NCBI GenBank assembly: GCA_963664815.2
Contig: CAXXHB010000002.1
Coordinates: 704,001 to 768,000 of the forward strand
From: Spirochaetota bacterium
Lineage (GTDB): Bacteria; Spirochaetota; UBA4802; UBA5550
DNA: 64,000 nucleotides
Direction: 5' to 3'
The position numbers were made by a program, and so were the translations under genes. The notes below the pieces were generated by a model that saw nothing but the letters and a program-made list of their open reading frames with translations, was not told the origin of the DNA and made no database searches. Of the stretch, positions 29,253-39,381 are shown in pieces; the stretch's first letter is position 1, and each line of letters starts with the position of its first letter.

Positions 29253-31058
29253 ATGGCAGAAAAATTTTACAGTGAAAAAAACCTGAAATTTACCCTTTAT
29301 GACGTACATAAAGTGGAAAATCTGTTGTCGTACGGTAGGTTCAGTGACTATAACAGGGAAAGTTTCGATATGATTCTTGATACGGCAAAAAATATAGGTA
29401 TCAATTTCATGTTTCCCCTGTTTACAGAGATGGATAAAAATCCGCCAGTATATACAGGTACTACAATAAAAGTAAACCCGGCCGTTAAGGAATATATGAA
29501 GACATCCGGAGAGGGTGGTTGGATAAATGCGATGTTTTCTCTGGAGCACGGTGGTCAGCAGATGCCGTTGTCACTTTTTAACGCTTGTATGTTCATTTTT
29601 GCCGCAGCGAATTATTCAATGAGCGTTTATCCCGGTCTAACATCAGGAGCGGCCGGTTTAATATATAATTATGGTACAAAAGAACTGCAGGAGAAATATG
29701 CTGAAAAAATGGTCGCAGGGAAATGGCAAGGTACTATGGCTCTCACTGAACCTGAAGCAGGGAGTTCACTTGGTGACACAAAAACATCAGCAGAACCGAC
29801 AGACAAAGGATACTATATTGTCAGAGGACAGAAGACCTTTATTTCGGCAGGTGATCATGATAACACTGAAAATATAGTACATCTTATGCTTGCCCGTATA
29901 AAGGGTGCACCAGCTGGTGTTAAAGGTTTATCGTTGTTTGTTGTTCCAAAATACCGGCTGACTGAATCGGGAAGCCTGGAGTTCAATGATGTAAACTGCG
30001 CTGGGTGTTATCATAAGATGGGTTATCGCGGGGCTCCTATTGCCCAGCTCAGCATGGGGGAAGTCGATGATTGCCGGGGGTATCTTGTAGGAGAGAAGAA
30101 TTTCGGACTCGGTTATATGTTCCAGATGATGAACGAGGCAAGGATAAATGTAGGTCTTGGTGCCACAGCTATTGCTTCTGCTGCCTATTATGCGGCACTT
30201 GAGTATACAAGAGAAAGATGCCAGGGGCGCAGAAATGACGAGAAAGACCCTACAAAACCGCAGATCCCTATAATTGAACATGCGGATATAAAGAGAATGC
30301 TTCTTCAGCAGCGTTCAATTTTCGAAGGAGCCTTTTCGCTTGTTGTTTATGCCGGGAAACTTGTAGATCTTACAAATATCTCCACAGGTGAGGAGAAGGA
30401 AAAGTATGAACTTTTTCTTGATTTCATTACTCCTATAGTTAAAACATATCCATCTGAAATGGGTATTATCTCTACCAGTCAGGCGATCCAGTGCCTTGGA
30501 GGTTATGGTTACAGCTCCGAGTTTCCAGTTGAACAGTATATGCGCGACATAAGGATACACCCGATACATGAAGGAACAACAGGCGTGCAGGGGATGGACC
30601 TGCTCGGAAGAAAAATAACAATTAAAAAAGGTGCTGCCCAGAAAATCTTCCTTGAGGAGATAAAAAAAGCAACAGATGAAGCTTCCGGATCGGATAGCTT
30701 GAAAAAATTTGCGCTGGCTCTTACAGATGGTGTATCTCTCTGGAAGGAGACTACAAACAGTCTGCTTGGAATTGCAGCAAGAGGGGAAATTGACCTGTTT
30801 CTTGCGGATTCAACTCTTTACCTGGAATTGACAGGTATTGTTTGTATTGCGTGGCAGTGGTTGCTGCAGGGAATAGCCGTACAAAAGATGCTTGCCGAGC
30901 GGGCGTCAGAGATCGATAAAAATTTTGCTGAAGGTAAGATGTTCACTCTTAGTTATTTCTTCGAGTATGAACTTCCTAAAATTCATGGACTTGCTATGCG
31001 ACTCAAAAACTCAGATGGGCTTACTGTTAAAATGAAACCTGAGTATTTTGAAGATTGA
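29253..31058 (+). CDS. Acyl-CoA dehydrogenase
   Basis: GTMALTEPEAGSSL, GQKTFIS, GLSLFVVPK, HKMG, MFQMMNEAR, GGYGY, IHEGTTGVQ. Confidence 0.96.
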   Translation: MAEKFYSEKNLKFTLYDVHKVENLLSYGRFSDYNRESFDMILDTAKNIGINFMFPLFTEMDKNPPVYTGTTIKVNPAVKEYMKTSGEGGWINAMFSLEHGGQQMPLSLFNACMFIFAAANYSMSVYPGLTSGAAGLIYNYGTKELQEKYAEKMVAGKWQGTMALTEPEAGSSLGDTKTSAEPTDKGYYIVRGQKTFISAGDHDNTENIVHLMLARIKGAPAGVKGLSLFVVPKYRLTESGSLEFNDVNCAGCYHKMGYRGAPIAQLSMGEVDDCRGYLVGEKNFGLGYMFQMMNEARINVGLGATAIASAAYYAALEYTRERCQGRRNDEKDPTKPQIPIIEHADIKRMLLQQRSIFEGAFSLVVYAGKLVDLTNISTGEEKEKYELFLDFITPIVKTYPSEMGIISTSQAIQCLGGYGYSSEFPVEQYMRDIRIHPIHEGTTGVQGMDLLGRKITIKKGAAQKIFLEEIKKATDEASGSDSLKKFALALTDGVSLWKETTNSLLGIAARGEIDLFLADSTLYLELTGIVCIAWQWLLQGIAVQKMLAERASEIDKNFAEGKMFTLSYFFEYELPKIHGLAMRLKNSDGLTVKMKPEYFED

Positions 31059-31104
31059 TTGTCTGTTTAAATTGATAAAAAATAAAAGAATGTAAAATTA
31101 TTGG

Positions 31105-31132
31105 ATCCCGGGATTTTATACCCGGGATTTTT
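31105..31132 (+). terminator. Intrinsic terminator
   Basis: ATCCCGGG-ATTTTATA-CCCGGGAT followed by TTTT. Confidence 0.75.
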
Positions 31133-31299
31133 CTGATCTTTTTACTCCATAATGGATTATATTTCAAACTATCTACAGATTTAATATTGGATTTTTTAGT
31201 TCTTGACCATTAGTAAATATTTGTTTTAATTGTTGAAGATATTATTAATATTGAATATATACAAGCAGTTGCTTAATCAAATTTAACGATAAAAAGAGT

Positions 31300-31899
31300 A
31301 TGATAAAAAAACGACAGAATGCCGAACTAAGAAAACCGGATATACTGAAAAATTACTACCAGGTGATACTGAAAGAGGGTATAGAGGGTGCTTCCATTGC
31401 TAAAGTAGCAAAAAGAATGAAGATTAACCCCAGTCTTATTATTCACTATTTTTCAACTAAGGATAATATGGCTATCGAGCTTGTAGATTATCTGAGCAGA
31501 ATCTATAACAAGCTTTTTACTGAAATGAAAATAGAAACCGGTGATCCGCAGAAAAGGCTTGATCGTCTTGTGGAAATTTTTTGCAGTGATGAATGGTACA
31601 ACAATACTGATATTTCAGGAGATTATTCGATAATTTCTCTCAGTTTCAGGAATAAGAAAGTTTTTAAACGCCTTCAGTCTATGTATAATGCTTTTATTAA
31701 ACTGATTATATATGAAATTGAACTGGCTACTGCAACTGGAGAGGTAAAAATTACCAATCCCAAAAGGACAGCAGAAATTATGGTTACAGCCCTGGAGGGA
31801 TACAGACACTTCAAACATCTGTTCATTGATGAATCTGCCTCTGAAAGTTTCAGGCAGGACCTGGCAAAACTCTTGAGGGACATTTTAAAAAACGGATAG
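31300..31899 (+). CDS. TetR/AcrR family transcriptional regulator
   Basis: N-terminal HTH (EGIEGASIAKVAKRMKINPSLIIHYFSTKD). Confidence 0.9.
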   Translation: MIKKRQNAELRKPDILKNYYQVILKEGIEGASIAKVAKRMKINPSLIIHYFSTKDNMAIELVDYLSRIYNKLFTEMKIETGDPQKRLDRLVEIFCSDEWYNNTDISGDYSIISLSFRNKKVFKRLQSMYNAFIKLIIYEIELATATGEVKITNPKRTAEIMVTALEGYRHFKHLFIDESASESFRQDLAKLLRDILKNG

Positions 31900-32115
31900 C
31901 AATGCAGTATTTAAAAAAGTGTTTTTTAAAATTCAGATTTTTAAAATACGAAGCATTGCTTTTCCAATGTATAGTCCCTGCATTATCAATACTGCCGGTT
32001 TATAAAAGATCTCTACGGTATAAGATTCTTGACAATTCTTAATTATAATGTTTCAATTTATAATATCTGGTGAAAAGCCATTAACTATGGGTTTCAATAA
32101 CAGGTAAAAAACAAT

Positions 32116-33660
32116 ATGGATAGACTATTCTCTTTTTTTATTCCGGATTCAGAGAGTTTGAGTTTTGATGTTCTTTTAAAGTCAAAGACCCTTGTAGCTT
32201 TTTCAATGATAATTATACTTCTTGTACCTCCTTTATGGATTCTCCTTGTTGCCATGCTGAAACATTCTATAATTTCGATATTAAGTCTTTTTTTCTTTAT
32301 TGTAATTGTTTCAAACATCCTGTCGCTGTTTATAATGCGGAAGGGATACTACAACGTAGCTGCTAATATCTTTATTTTTACTTCTTTATGCGGTTTCAGT
32401 TTATATCTGCTGTTCGGGTCATTTAAGTTTGTGGAGGGAATAATTGTTTCCAGTTACAATCTGTTTATATTCATTATCTTCAGCACACTTTTCTGCACGC
32501 GAATGGTTACACTTTTAGTTTCCGTTTTCATACTGCTTATACATGTAGTTTCACTCTCTTCTGCCGGTGGATTAACCCGGGGGCTGAAGATTATGGCTTC
32601 AATTAATTTCAGTTTCGAATTGATAATTATTACCGCTATCTGTTACCTTATAATTAGTATAACGGAAAAAACAATGCAGCGACTGAAAGAAGAAGCTGAT
32701 AACAGGGAAAATCTGGAGAGTACAAGAAATCTTCTTATAACTGTTACAGGATTCTCCAGGCGACTTGCTGAATCCTCTTCTCTTATGTCAAACACGACAG
32801 ACAATTTTTCAGCGAATGCGCAAAATCAGGCTGCTTCGGCGGAGGAAATTACCGCTACTGTGGAGGAGATTTCAGCCGGAGTTGAAAGTATTTCTGATAT
32901 TGCCAGTTTTCAAATGACTAAAATGGAAGGACTTACTGCAAGGCTGGATGAACTTTCCGGTCAGATAAACAGCATGAAGAATATGATTATTGAAACCCTT
33001 ACAATGACAGTTTCGATTTCCAATGAAGCCCGAAATGGTGAAGTCTCTCTTAAACAGATGGATGATAATATGAAGTCTATGAATCAACGATCAGTGGAGA
33101 TGGCTGATATTATCTCGATAATTAATGATATCTCGGACAAAATAAATCTTCTTTCCCTTAATGCAGCTATTGAAGCGGCAAGAGCCGGCGATGCAGGACG
33201 TGGATTTGCTGTTGTTGCAGATGAGATTTCCAAACTTGCTGATAAAACGTTCAGCAGTGTTAAGGATATAAGCTCTTTAATAAAGGCAGGTGAAAATGCA
33301 ACAAAACATGGGATTGGCACAGTCAATAATGTTGTAAATTCACTGTCTAAAATAATTGATGGAGTTAGCCGAATTAATAAAATGGTTGAATCAATGTCTG
33401 TTTTTATGAACAATCAGTTTTCCACCAACCAGGAAGTAAACAGGGAAGCCTTTGACGTTCGGGAAAGATCAGAAGAAATTAAAAATGCTGCGGTTGAACA
33501 GAAAAATGCAACAACAGAGATTGTGAAATCCATATCAACTATAACTGAACTGACGCAGGCAAACGCAGCAGGTGCAGAAGAGATGGCAGCAAACGCAAAA
33601 GAAATTTCCGAGATAGCAGTTAACCTGAATGACAGTGTGAAGGAATTCAACAGGGATTGA
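32116..33660 (+). CDS. Methyl-accepting chemotaxis protein with multi-TM N-terminus
   Basis: About six TM segments; [33 protein letters not shown] hairpin tip. Confidence 0.95.
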   Translation: MDRLFSFFIPDSESLSFDVLLKSKTLVAFSMIIILLVPPLWILLVAMLKHSIISILSLFFFIVIVSNILSLFIMRKGYYNVAANIFIFTSLCGFSLYLLFGSFKFVEGIIVSSYNLFIFIIFSTLFCTRMVTLLVSVFILLIHVVSLSSAGGLTRGLKIMASINFSFELIIITAICYLIISITEKTMQRLKEEADNRENLESTRNLLITVTGFSRRLAESSSLMSNTTDNFSANAQNQAASAEEITATVEEISAGVESISDIASFQMTKMEGLTARLDELSGQINSMKNMIIETLTMTVSISNEARNGEVSLKQMDDNMKSMNQRSVEMADIISIINDISDKINLLSLNAAIEAARAGDAGRGFAVVADEISKLADKTFSSVKDISSLIKAGENATKHGIGTVNNVVNSLSKIIDGVSRINKMVESMSVFMNNQFSTNQEVNREAFDVRERSEEIKNAAVEQKNATTEIVKSISTITELTQANAAGAEEMAANAKEISEIAVNLNDSVKEFNRD

Positions 33661-33690
33661 CTTATAAAATATTAAAAAACTTACTTAAAT

Positions 33691-33746
33691 CTGAGATTCC
33701 TATAAAAAAGGTTTTATAAGGGATCCTTTTTTTATAGGAATCTCAG
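33691..33746. terminator. Long inverted repeat between convergent genes (probable bidirectional terminator)
   Basis: CTGAGATTCCTATAAAAAA...TTTTTTATAGGAATCTCAG, 19-bp perfect arms. Confidence 0.6.
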
Positions 33747-34933
33747 CGTTTGGCCTTTCTTGTAGCAACGTCAAATATTACGGCGATCGCAAGTACAAGT
33801 CCTCTTATAATGTACTGCAGGGAAGCATCCGAAGTAGTTGACCATAAATTCATACCATTCATCAGCGACATGTAAACAAGGGCTCCGATAAGTGAGCCTG
33901 TAATCTTGCCCACTCCTCCGGCAGCGGAGACACCACCAATATATGCTGCAGCAATTGCATCAAGTTCAAAAAGAGTTCCGGCAGTGGGTGATGCCGATTG
34001 AAGGCGTGAAGCAAACATGATTCCTGAAAGTGCGGAAAGCATCCCCATGGAACCAAAAACAATCATTGTGATTTTTTTTACGCTTATTCCTGAAAGTTCT
34101 GCAGCCTCGGGGTTTCCACCGACAGCATAGATATGGCGACCAAGAACTGTCTGGCGCGCTATCCAGTCATATCCCAGAACAACAACGAGCATTATAACAA
34201 CAGTCCATGAAATGCCATTGGAACCTGATAAGACCCATGTAATAGAACCGATGATTATAGCAAGTATAACCTGCTGAAGAATAAACAAATAAAAAGGAAC
34301 AACCTCAAAGTTGTATAACTGTTTGCTGTTTCTCATGCTGATATTTCTGAGGATAATCCATATTACGGCAACAATGCCAAGTAAAATTGTCAGCTTATGA
34401 ACTCCAGGCATAATATTAATTATTGATAAAAAATCAGGAAGACTGCCGTTGCTGATTGCGATGAATACAGGATCGGAAATTATTATAGTTCCGGTCCCTG
34501 AAGTTACCATCAGGAGTATTCCGCGGTAAATAAGCCATCCGGCAAGTGATGCCACGAATGAGGGAATTCCCAACATCGCAACAGGGAGAGCCGTCATACA
34601 GCCTGCAAGGATTCCCAGGAGAAGTATAATGGGAATGACAAGATAAACAGGGAGCCCCCAGCTGGTTAACCCGATTGCAGAGGCAGCACCTAAACAGCCG
34701 GCTAAAAATCCGACTGAAAGATCTATATGTCTTATGATGATAATGAAAGTCATTCCCACAGCAAGTACGGCAATGTACCCAGTCTGATTCATAAGATCTG
34801 CTATATTCTGCGGTTTAATGAAATTTCCCCTGGTTACTATCGCAAAAAAAACGATTATCATCAACAGAGCAATATACATTCCATAATCACGGACATTAAG
34901 CCTAAGCATTTTTTTTAGATCGTTAATACTCAT
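33743..34933 (-). CDS. Multiple-sugar/xylose ABC transporter permease (GguB/MmsB type)
   Basis: HIDLSVG, GRHIYAVGGNPEAAELSGI, FELDAIAA; start MSIND at 34933 has a GGAG SD. Confidence 0.92.
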   Translation of the reverse strand: MSINDLKKMLRLNVRDYGMYIALLMIIVFFAIVTRGNFIKPQNIADLMNQTGYIAVLAVGMTFIIIIRHIDLSVGFLAGCLGAASAIGLTSWGLPVYLVIPIILLLGILAGCMTALPVAMLGIPSFVASLAGWLIYRGILLMVTSGTGTIIISDPVFIAISNGSLPDFLSIINIMPGVHKLTILLGIVAVIWIILRNISMRNSKQLYNFEVVPFYLFILQQVILAIIIGSITWVLSGSNGISWTVVIMLVVVLGYDWIARQTVLGRHIYAVGGNPEAAELSGISVKKITMIVFGSMGMLSALSGIMFASRLQSASPTAGTLFELDAIAAAYIGGVSAAGGVGKITGSLIGALVYMSLMNGMNLWSTTSDASLQYIIRGLVLAIAVIFDVATRKAKR

Positions 34934-34946
34934 TTTTTTCTCCATT

Positions 34947-36470
34947 TTATAACCTGGTTGCCAGACGCATGATATTTTCCTGGTTTGCTTCGTTTCCTGA
35001 AAGTTCACCGCTGATATTACCTGCTGAAACTACATATATACGGTCACTCATTCCCAGTATTTCGGGAAGTTCCGATGATATCATTATTATACTCATCCCC
35101 TGAACGACAAGCCTGTTCATTATAGTATAAATTTCGTATTTTGCCCCGACATCGATCCCTCTTGTCGGTTCATCAAGTATCAGAACATCGGGTTCAACAA
35201 AAAGCCATTTTGCAATAGAAACCTTCTGCTGATTTCCTCCGCTAAGATTCATAATTGTCTGTTCAAGGCTTGGAGTTTTGATGTTCAGTGCAGTCTTATA
35301 TTCTGTGGCATGTATGATTTCGGCATTATTGTTTATAACACCCCTTCCGGCGATTTTCTTCAGACGAGCAAGAGTGATATTCCGCTTTATATCCTGAATC
35401 AGGATAAGACCGTTACCTTTACGATCCTCTGAAGCATAGGCGATGCCCGCATCAATGGCATCTTTTGGAGATCTGAAATTCCTTTTCCTGTTTTTCAGTG
35501 TCATTTCTCCGGCTATTTCATAACCATCGGGATTTCCGAATATACTGTGAGCCAGCTCTGTCCGTCCTGAACCTATAAGACCTGCAAAACCTATTATTTC
35601 ACCCTTATGAAGTTTGAAGTTTATATTTTTAAGCACTGTCCGACCTGGTTTCGGATCATATACGTTCCAGTTTTTTACTTCCAGAATAATTTCATCAGAT
35701 CTGGTATGATCTCTCTCCGGGTAGATATTATTTATTTCACGGCCGACCATGTTTTTTATGAGAACGTTTTCATTAATCTCCCCTTTTACCGAATCAAGAG
35801 TGCATATTGTTTCACCATCACGCAGGACTGTAACCGTGTCTGCAATGTCAATTACCTCTTTTAGTCTGTGAGAGACGAGAACGCTGGTTACTCCTTTATT
35901 TTTAAGTTCCCGTATAAGGGCATAAAGATTGTCACAGTCACTGTCATTAAGAGACGCAGTAGGCTCATCGAGTATAAGGAGTCTAACATTTTTGCACAGA
36001 GCCTTGGCTATTTCTATCAGCTGCTGCTGCCCAACGCCAAGATCCCTGACCTTTGATTCAGGGTTAATATTAAGACCGACACTCTTAAGCATTTCTGTTG
36101 ATTTTCTGATTGTTTCCTGCCAGTTTACAGTTAAACCTTTCTTTATCTCATGACCCAGTAGAACATTTTCATAAACCGGGAGTTCGGGGAAAAGGGCAAG
36201 TTCCTGGTAAATAATTGCTATACCTGCAGCTTCACTGTCAGAAATACCTTTAAATTTCTGAATACTGCCGTTAAAAAGGATCTCTCCGGAGTATTCGCCA
36301 TATGGATAAACTCCGCTTAAAACCTTCATCAGAGTAGATTTCCCTGCGCCGTTCTCACCCACAACGCAATGGATCTCGCCCCGGGCAACCTGAAAACTTA
36401 CATTATTCAGAGCCAGCACACCGGGAAAGGACTTTGATATTGACTTCATCTCGAGTATGGGAGTGTTCAT
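34947..36470 (-). CDS. Sugar ABC transporter ATP-binding protein (GguA/MmsA type)
   Basis: GENGAGKST, LILDEPT, LSGGNQQKV, DEPTRGIDVGAK; two ABC domains. Confidence 0.95.
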   Translation of the reverse strand: MNTPILEMKSISKSFPGVLALNNVSFQVARGEIHCVVGENGAGKSTLMKVLSGVYPYGEYSGEILFNGSIQKFKGISDSEAAGIAIIYQELALFPELPVYENVLLGHEIKKGLTVNWQETIRKSTEMLKSVGLNINPESKVRDLGVGQQQLIEIAKALCKNVRLLILDEPTASLNDSDCDNLYALIRELKNKGVTSVLVSHRLKEVIDIADTVTVLRDGETICTLDSVKGEINENVLIKNMVGREINNIYPERDHTRSDEIILEVKNWNVYDPKPGRTVLKNINFKLHKGEIIGFAGLIGSGRTELAHSIFGNPDGYEIAGEMTLKNRKRNFRSPKDAIDAGIAYASEDRKGNGLILIQDIKRNITLARLKKIAGRGVINNNAEIIHATEYKTALNIKTPSLEQTIMNLSGGNQQKVSIAKWLFVEPDVLILDEPTRGIDVGAKYEIYTIMNRLVVQGMSIIMISSELPEILGMSDRIYVVSAGNISGELSGNEANQENIMRLATRL

Positions 36471-36580
36471 AATAATCCTGCCTTTAGTAAAAAGAGTTCA
36501 TTCGAGTTATTGCAGAACTGCGCTTCATACCTACAGTGAATCTGCCCCCGGGGTGATTCTCAAGGGTTTCCGTCCCATTG

Positions 36581-36621
36581 TTCAAATTTTCCGTCGCGCT
36601 GAAACGCGACAGAAAACTGAA
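36581..36621 (-). other. Strong intercistronic hairpin after the binding-protein gene (probable mRNA stabiliser)
   Basis: Minus strand TTCAGTTTTCTGTCGCG-TTTCAG-CGCGACGGAAAATTTGAA. Confidence 0.6.
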
Positions 36622-36654
36622 TTGTTTACTGATATTTTATTTATAAGATTAAAT

Positions 36655-37734
36655 TTATAATCCTTTGAAATCTTTTGCTTCATAATATCCTGAATTAATA
36701 ATTGTTTCCTTAACATTTTTTCTGGTAACGGTTGTTACCTCGGAAGGCTTGGCCGGAACATCAATCTTTCCGTTATTGTATGCTTTTGTTTTTTCCGGAA
36801 TCTTACCTTCACTCAATGCGATAGCGGCTTTAATGGCATCATTAACAAGAACCCGGACATCTTTCAGAACAGTCATTGACTGTTTCCCGTCAATAATATA
36901 CTGAATTGACGCCTTCTCGGCATCCTGCCCTGTAATAAAATATTTTGTAACTTCTTTATCCTTGCTGAAAGCGTCAGCTATTGCACGTGCGGTTCCGTCA
37001 TTTGGCGCCACAATATAGACCTGCCCTTTCTGGTCTTTTTTTGCAGATATAAGATTTGATTCAGCTTTGCTTTTGGCTACATTGAAATCCCAGTTTGTAG
37101 TTATCTGCCCTATTATAGATGATAATTCATTGCGGGAAAGATCTGTTTTTTTAGAAAGACTAACTGCTTTATCGGAGTTCATTATTGTAAATGTACCATC
37201 GGCAATTTTAGGCTGAAGAACACTCCATGCTCCCTGAAAAAATATAAAGGCATTATTGTCAGATAAAGCTCCTGCGTAAAGGTAGAGATGATTTCCTTTT
37301 CCCTGCGCTTCTGAAACCAGATATTTACCCCATGCCGCACCTACATTTAAGCTGTCAAAAGTTACATAATAATCGACGGATGCTGTATTTAAAATAAGGC
37401 GATCATAGGAGACAACTTTTACCCCGGCTTTTTTTGCGGCATCAGCGGCAGCTGCAGCGGCAGCACCATCGTGAGGACAGATAACCAGAACTTTTATACC
37501 CTTTGTTATAAGAGTTTCAACATTAGCTTTTTCCTTGGCAGAGTCACCCTGGCTGAAAAGAACCTCCGCTCCAATTCCCTCTTTTTTCAGGGCATCTAGA
37601 AATCTGGTCTGATCCTGAATCCATCGTGGCTCATCTTTTGTAGGAAGGACAATCCCGATTTTTGTTTTGGTTTCTGAACATCCGAAAAACATCATGAAAG
37701 TAAAAGCGATAAAAATAACAAGAATACGTTTCAT
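36655..37734 (-). CDS. Sugar ABC transporter substrate-binding lipoprotein (ChvE/XylF type)
   Basis: Lipobox FFGC; GIVLPTKDEPRW, SYDRLI, DYYVTFD, APNDG, TGQDAE; start MKRIL has a GAGGTG SD. Confidence 0.92.
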   Translation of the reverse strand: MKRILVIFIAFTFMMFFGCSETKTKIGIVLPTKDEPRWIQDQTRFLDALKKEGIGAEVLFSQGDSAKEKANVETLITKGIKVLVICPHDGAAAAAAADAAKKAGVKVVSYDRLILNTASVDYYVTFDSLNVGAAWGKYLVSEAQGKGNHLYLYAGALSDNNAFIFFQGAWSVLQPKIADGTFTIMNSDKAVSLSKKTDLSRNELSSIIGQITTNWDFNVAKSKAESNLISAKKDQKGQVYIVAPNDGTARAIADAFSKDKEVTKYFITGQDAEKASIQYIIDGKQSMTVLKDVRVLVNDAIKAAIALSEGKIPEKTKAYNNGKIDVPAKPSEVTTVTRKNVKETIINSGYYEAKDFKGL

Positions 37735-37918
37735 ATTACACACCTCATTTAAATTTTGTTTGCTTATAAAATTTATTATATTTTTATAGTTAAATCAAGT
37801 TGCAGCAGTAGCAGATTTTAAAAAAAAAGGAGAAAACCCGTTTTTTTTTAATTATAATATACGTTGTTATATGATGAATGTAAGTAATTAATTTTTTAAA
37901 ATAAAAAAGGAGTTTAAA

Positions 37919-38299
37919 ATGAAGATAGAACATACAGCTTTATGGGTAAAAGATCTAGAAAAAATGAAAAACTTCTATTGTAGCTATTTTGAAGCCGTTG
38001 CTTCTGAAAAATATAATAATAAACAAAAAAGGTTTTCCTCCTATTTTCTTTCATTTAATGGAGAGACCAGGTTGGAGATAATGTATAAGCCAGGCTTGGA
38101 ACTGTCATCTTCTGATGACTCATACGGATGGGCGCACCTTGCTGTTTCTGTTGGTACCAGGGAGATAGTTGACAGTTTAACGGAACGGTTAAAGAAGGAT
38201 GGTTATAAAGTTGAAGGGGAGCCCAGAACTACAGGAGATGGATATTATGAAAGCGTATTATTAGATCCGGAAGGGAATAGACTGGAAATAACAGAATGA
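37919..38299 (+). CDS. VOC/glyoxalase family protein
   Basis: MKIEHTALWV, RLEIM, GWAHLA, PRTTGDGYYES, DPEGNRLE. Confidence 0.92.
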   Translation: MKIEHTALWVKDLEKMKNFYCSYFEAVASEKYNNKQKRFSSYFLSFNGETRLEIMYKPGLELSSSDDSYGWAHLAVSVGTREIVDSLTERLKKDGYKVEGEPRTTGDGYYESVLLDPEGNRLEITE

Positions 38300-38381
38300 C
38301 CCCATTAAAGCAGACAGCACTCAGAACATATAAATGGATCCATCTGTAATGGGTATACAGATTATTTTTTTGTATTTCTTT

Positions 38382-39065
38382 TTAGTTTCCAGATCCGTTT
38401 GTCTTTTTCTGTAAAAAAACAGTGATTTGTCTGTTAAAAACAAAAAAAATAAAAATTGGGATTACCACCACACAGAGAAGAAAATAATTTCCGGCCAATG
38501 CGTGAAAATCGATTATAGCGGCAACAAGTATTCCTGTAAGAGCTCCTCCAAGATGTGCATCGTGTGCGATGCCGCCGCTGGTTCTCTCTGCAGCATAAAT
38601 TGATCCGAAGACAAAGAGTATTGCATAAGCCCATGCGGGAATAGGGATAGGGATTGGAAATACAATGATATTTCCACCGGGGATTAAAAATATTGAGGCA
38701 AAGATTATTCCACATACTGCCCCTGATGCTCCCAGCGCCCTGTAATTTCTATCATTCCTGTGAAGAAAAAGTGACAGTATTCCGGCGCCGAGTCCGCTGA
38801 AAAAATATAAATATGCAGTTACTTCAAATCCGTATTTCGTCTCGATCCCTTCAGCAAATGCATAAAAACTGAACATGTTAAACAGTAGATGCCCCATGTT
38901 TGCATGAATAAAAAAAGAGGAGATAATTCGGTAATAATCACCGGATTTAATTATTGCTTCAGTTGAAAAGATCGCTTTATTTAAAAACGATTCATTTTTA
39001 AAAGCATAAAGTGAAACGGCTGAAGTGATTCCAATTATCATATATGTAAAAATACACTGGTTCAT
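38382..39065 (-). CDS. Rhomboid family intramembrane serine protease
   Basis: FIHANMGHLLFNM, GASGA, AHDAHLGGA. Confidence 0.94.
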   Translation of the reverse strand: MNQCIFTYMIIGITSAVSLYAFKNESFLNKAIFSTEAIIKSGDYYRIISSFFIHANMGHLLFNMFSFYAFAEGIETKYGFEVTAYLYFFSGLGAGILSLFLHRNDRNYRALGASGAVCGIIFASIFLIPGGNIIVFPIPIPIPAWAYAILFVFGSIYAAERTSGGIAHDAHLGGALTGILVAAIIDFHALAGNYFLLCVVVIPIFIFFVFNRQITVFLQKKTNGSGN

Positions 39066-39381
39066 TTTTTACCTTCTTTAAACCGAGATTTATAAAATTG
39101 GTAGAATGAATGTCAAGTAGTTCATATTTAAATATTCTGTATCTTATTGTTGATGCGTAAAATGATTAATTATGATTCCGGATTAAATTCAATATAACAG
39201 AAAAATATAGTAATTTATTTTCGGATTAAATTTATATGATTCATTGACAGCTTTTTTATATGTATCTAGAATTGATTCATTGAATAAAATATGGGATATA
39301 TATTTTAATCGTACTTGGATTCAAAATACATATCTTGAATAATGCGTATAATATAAATTTTCGGGATATGGTATAAGTAGA

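Noticed and set aside
36540-36600. c-di-GMP-I (GEMM) riboswitch suggested by GGGACGGAAA on the minus strand
   Set aside because: No GGCAAA...GAAA-tetraloop stem and no receptor-containing second stem
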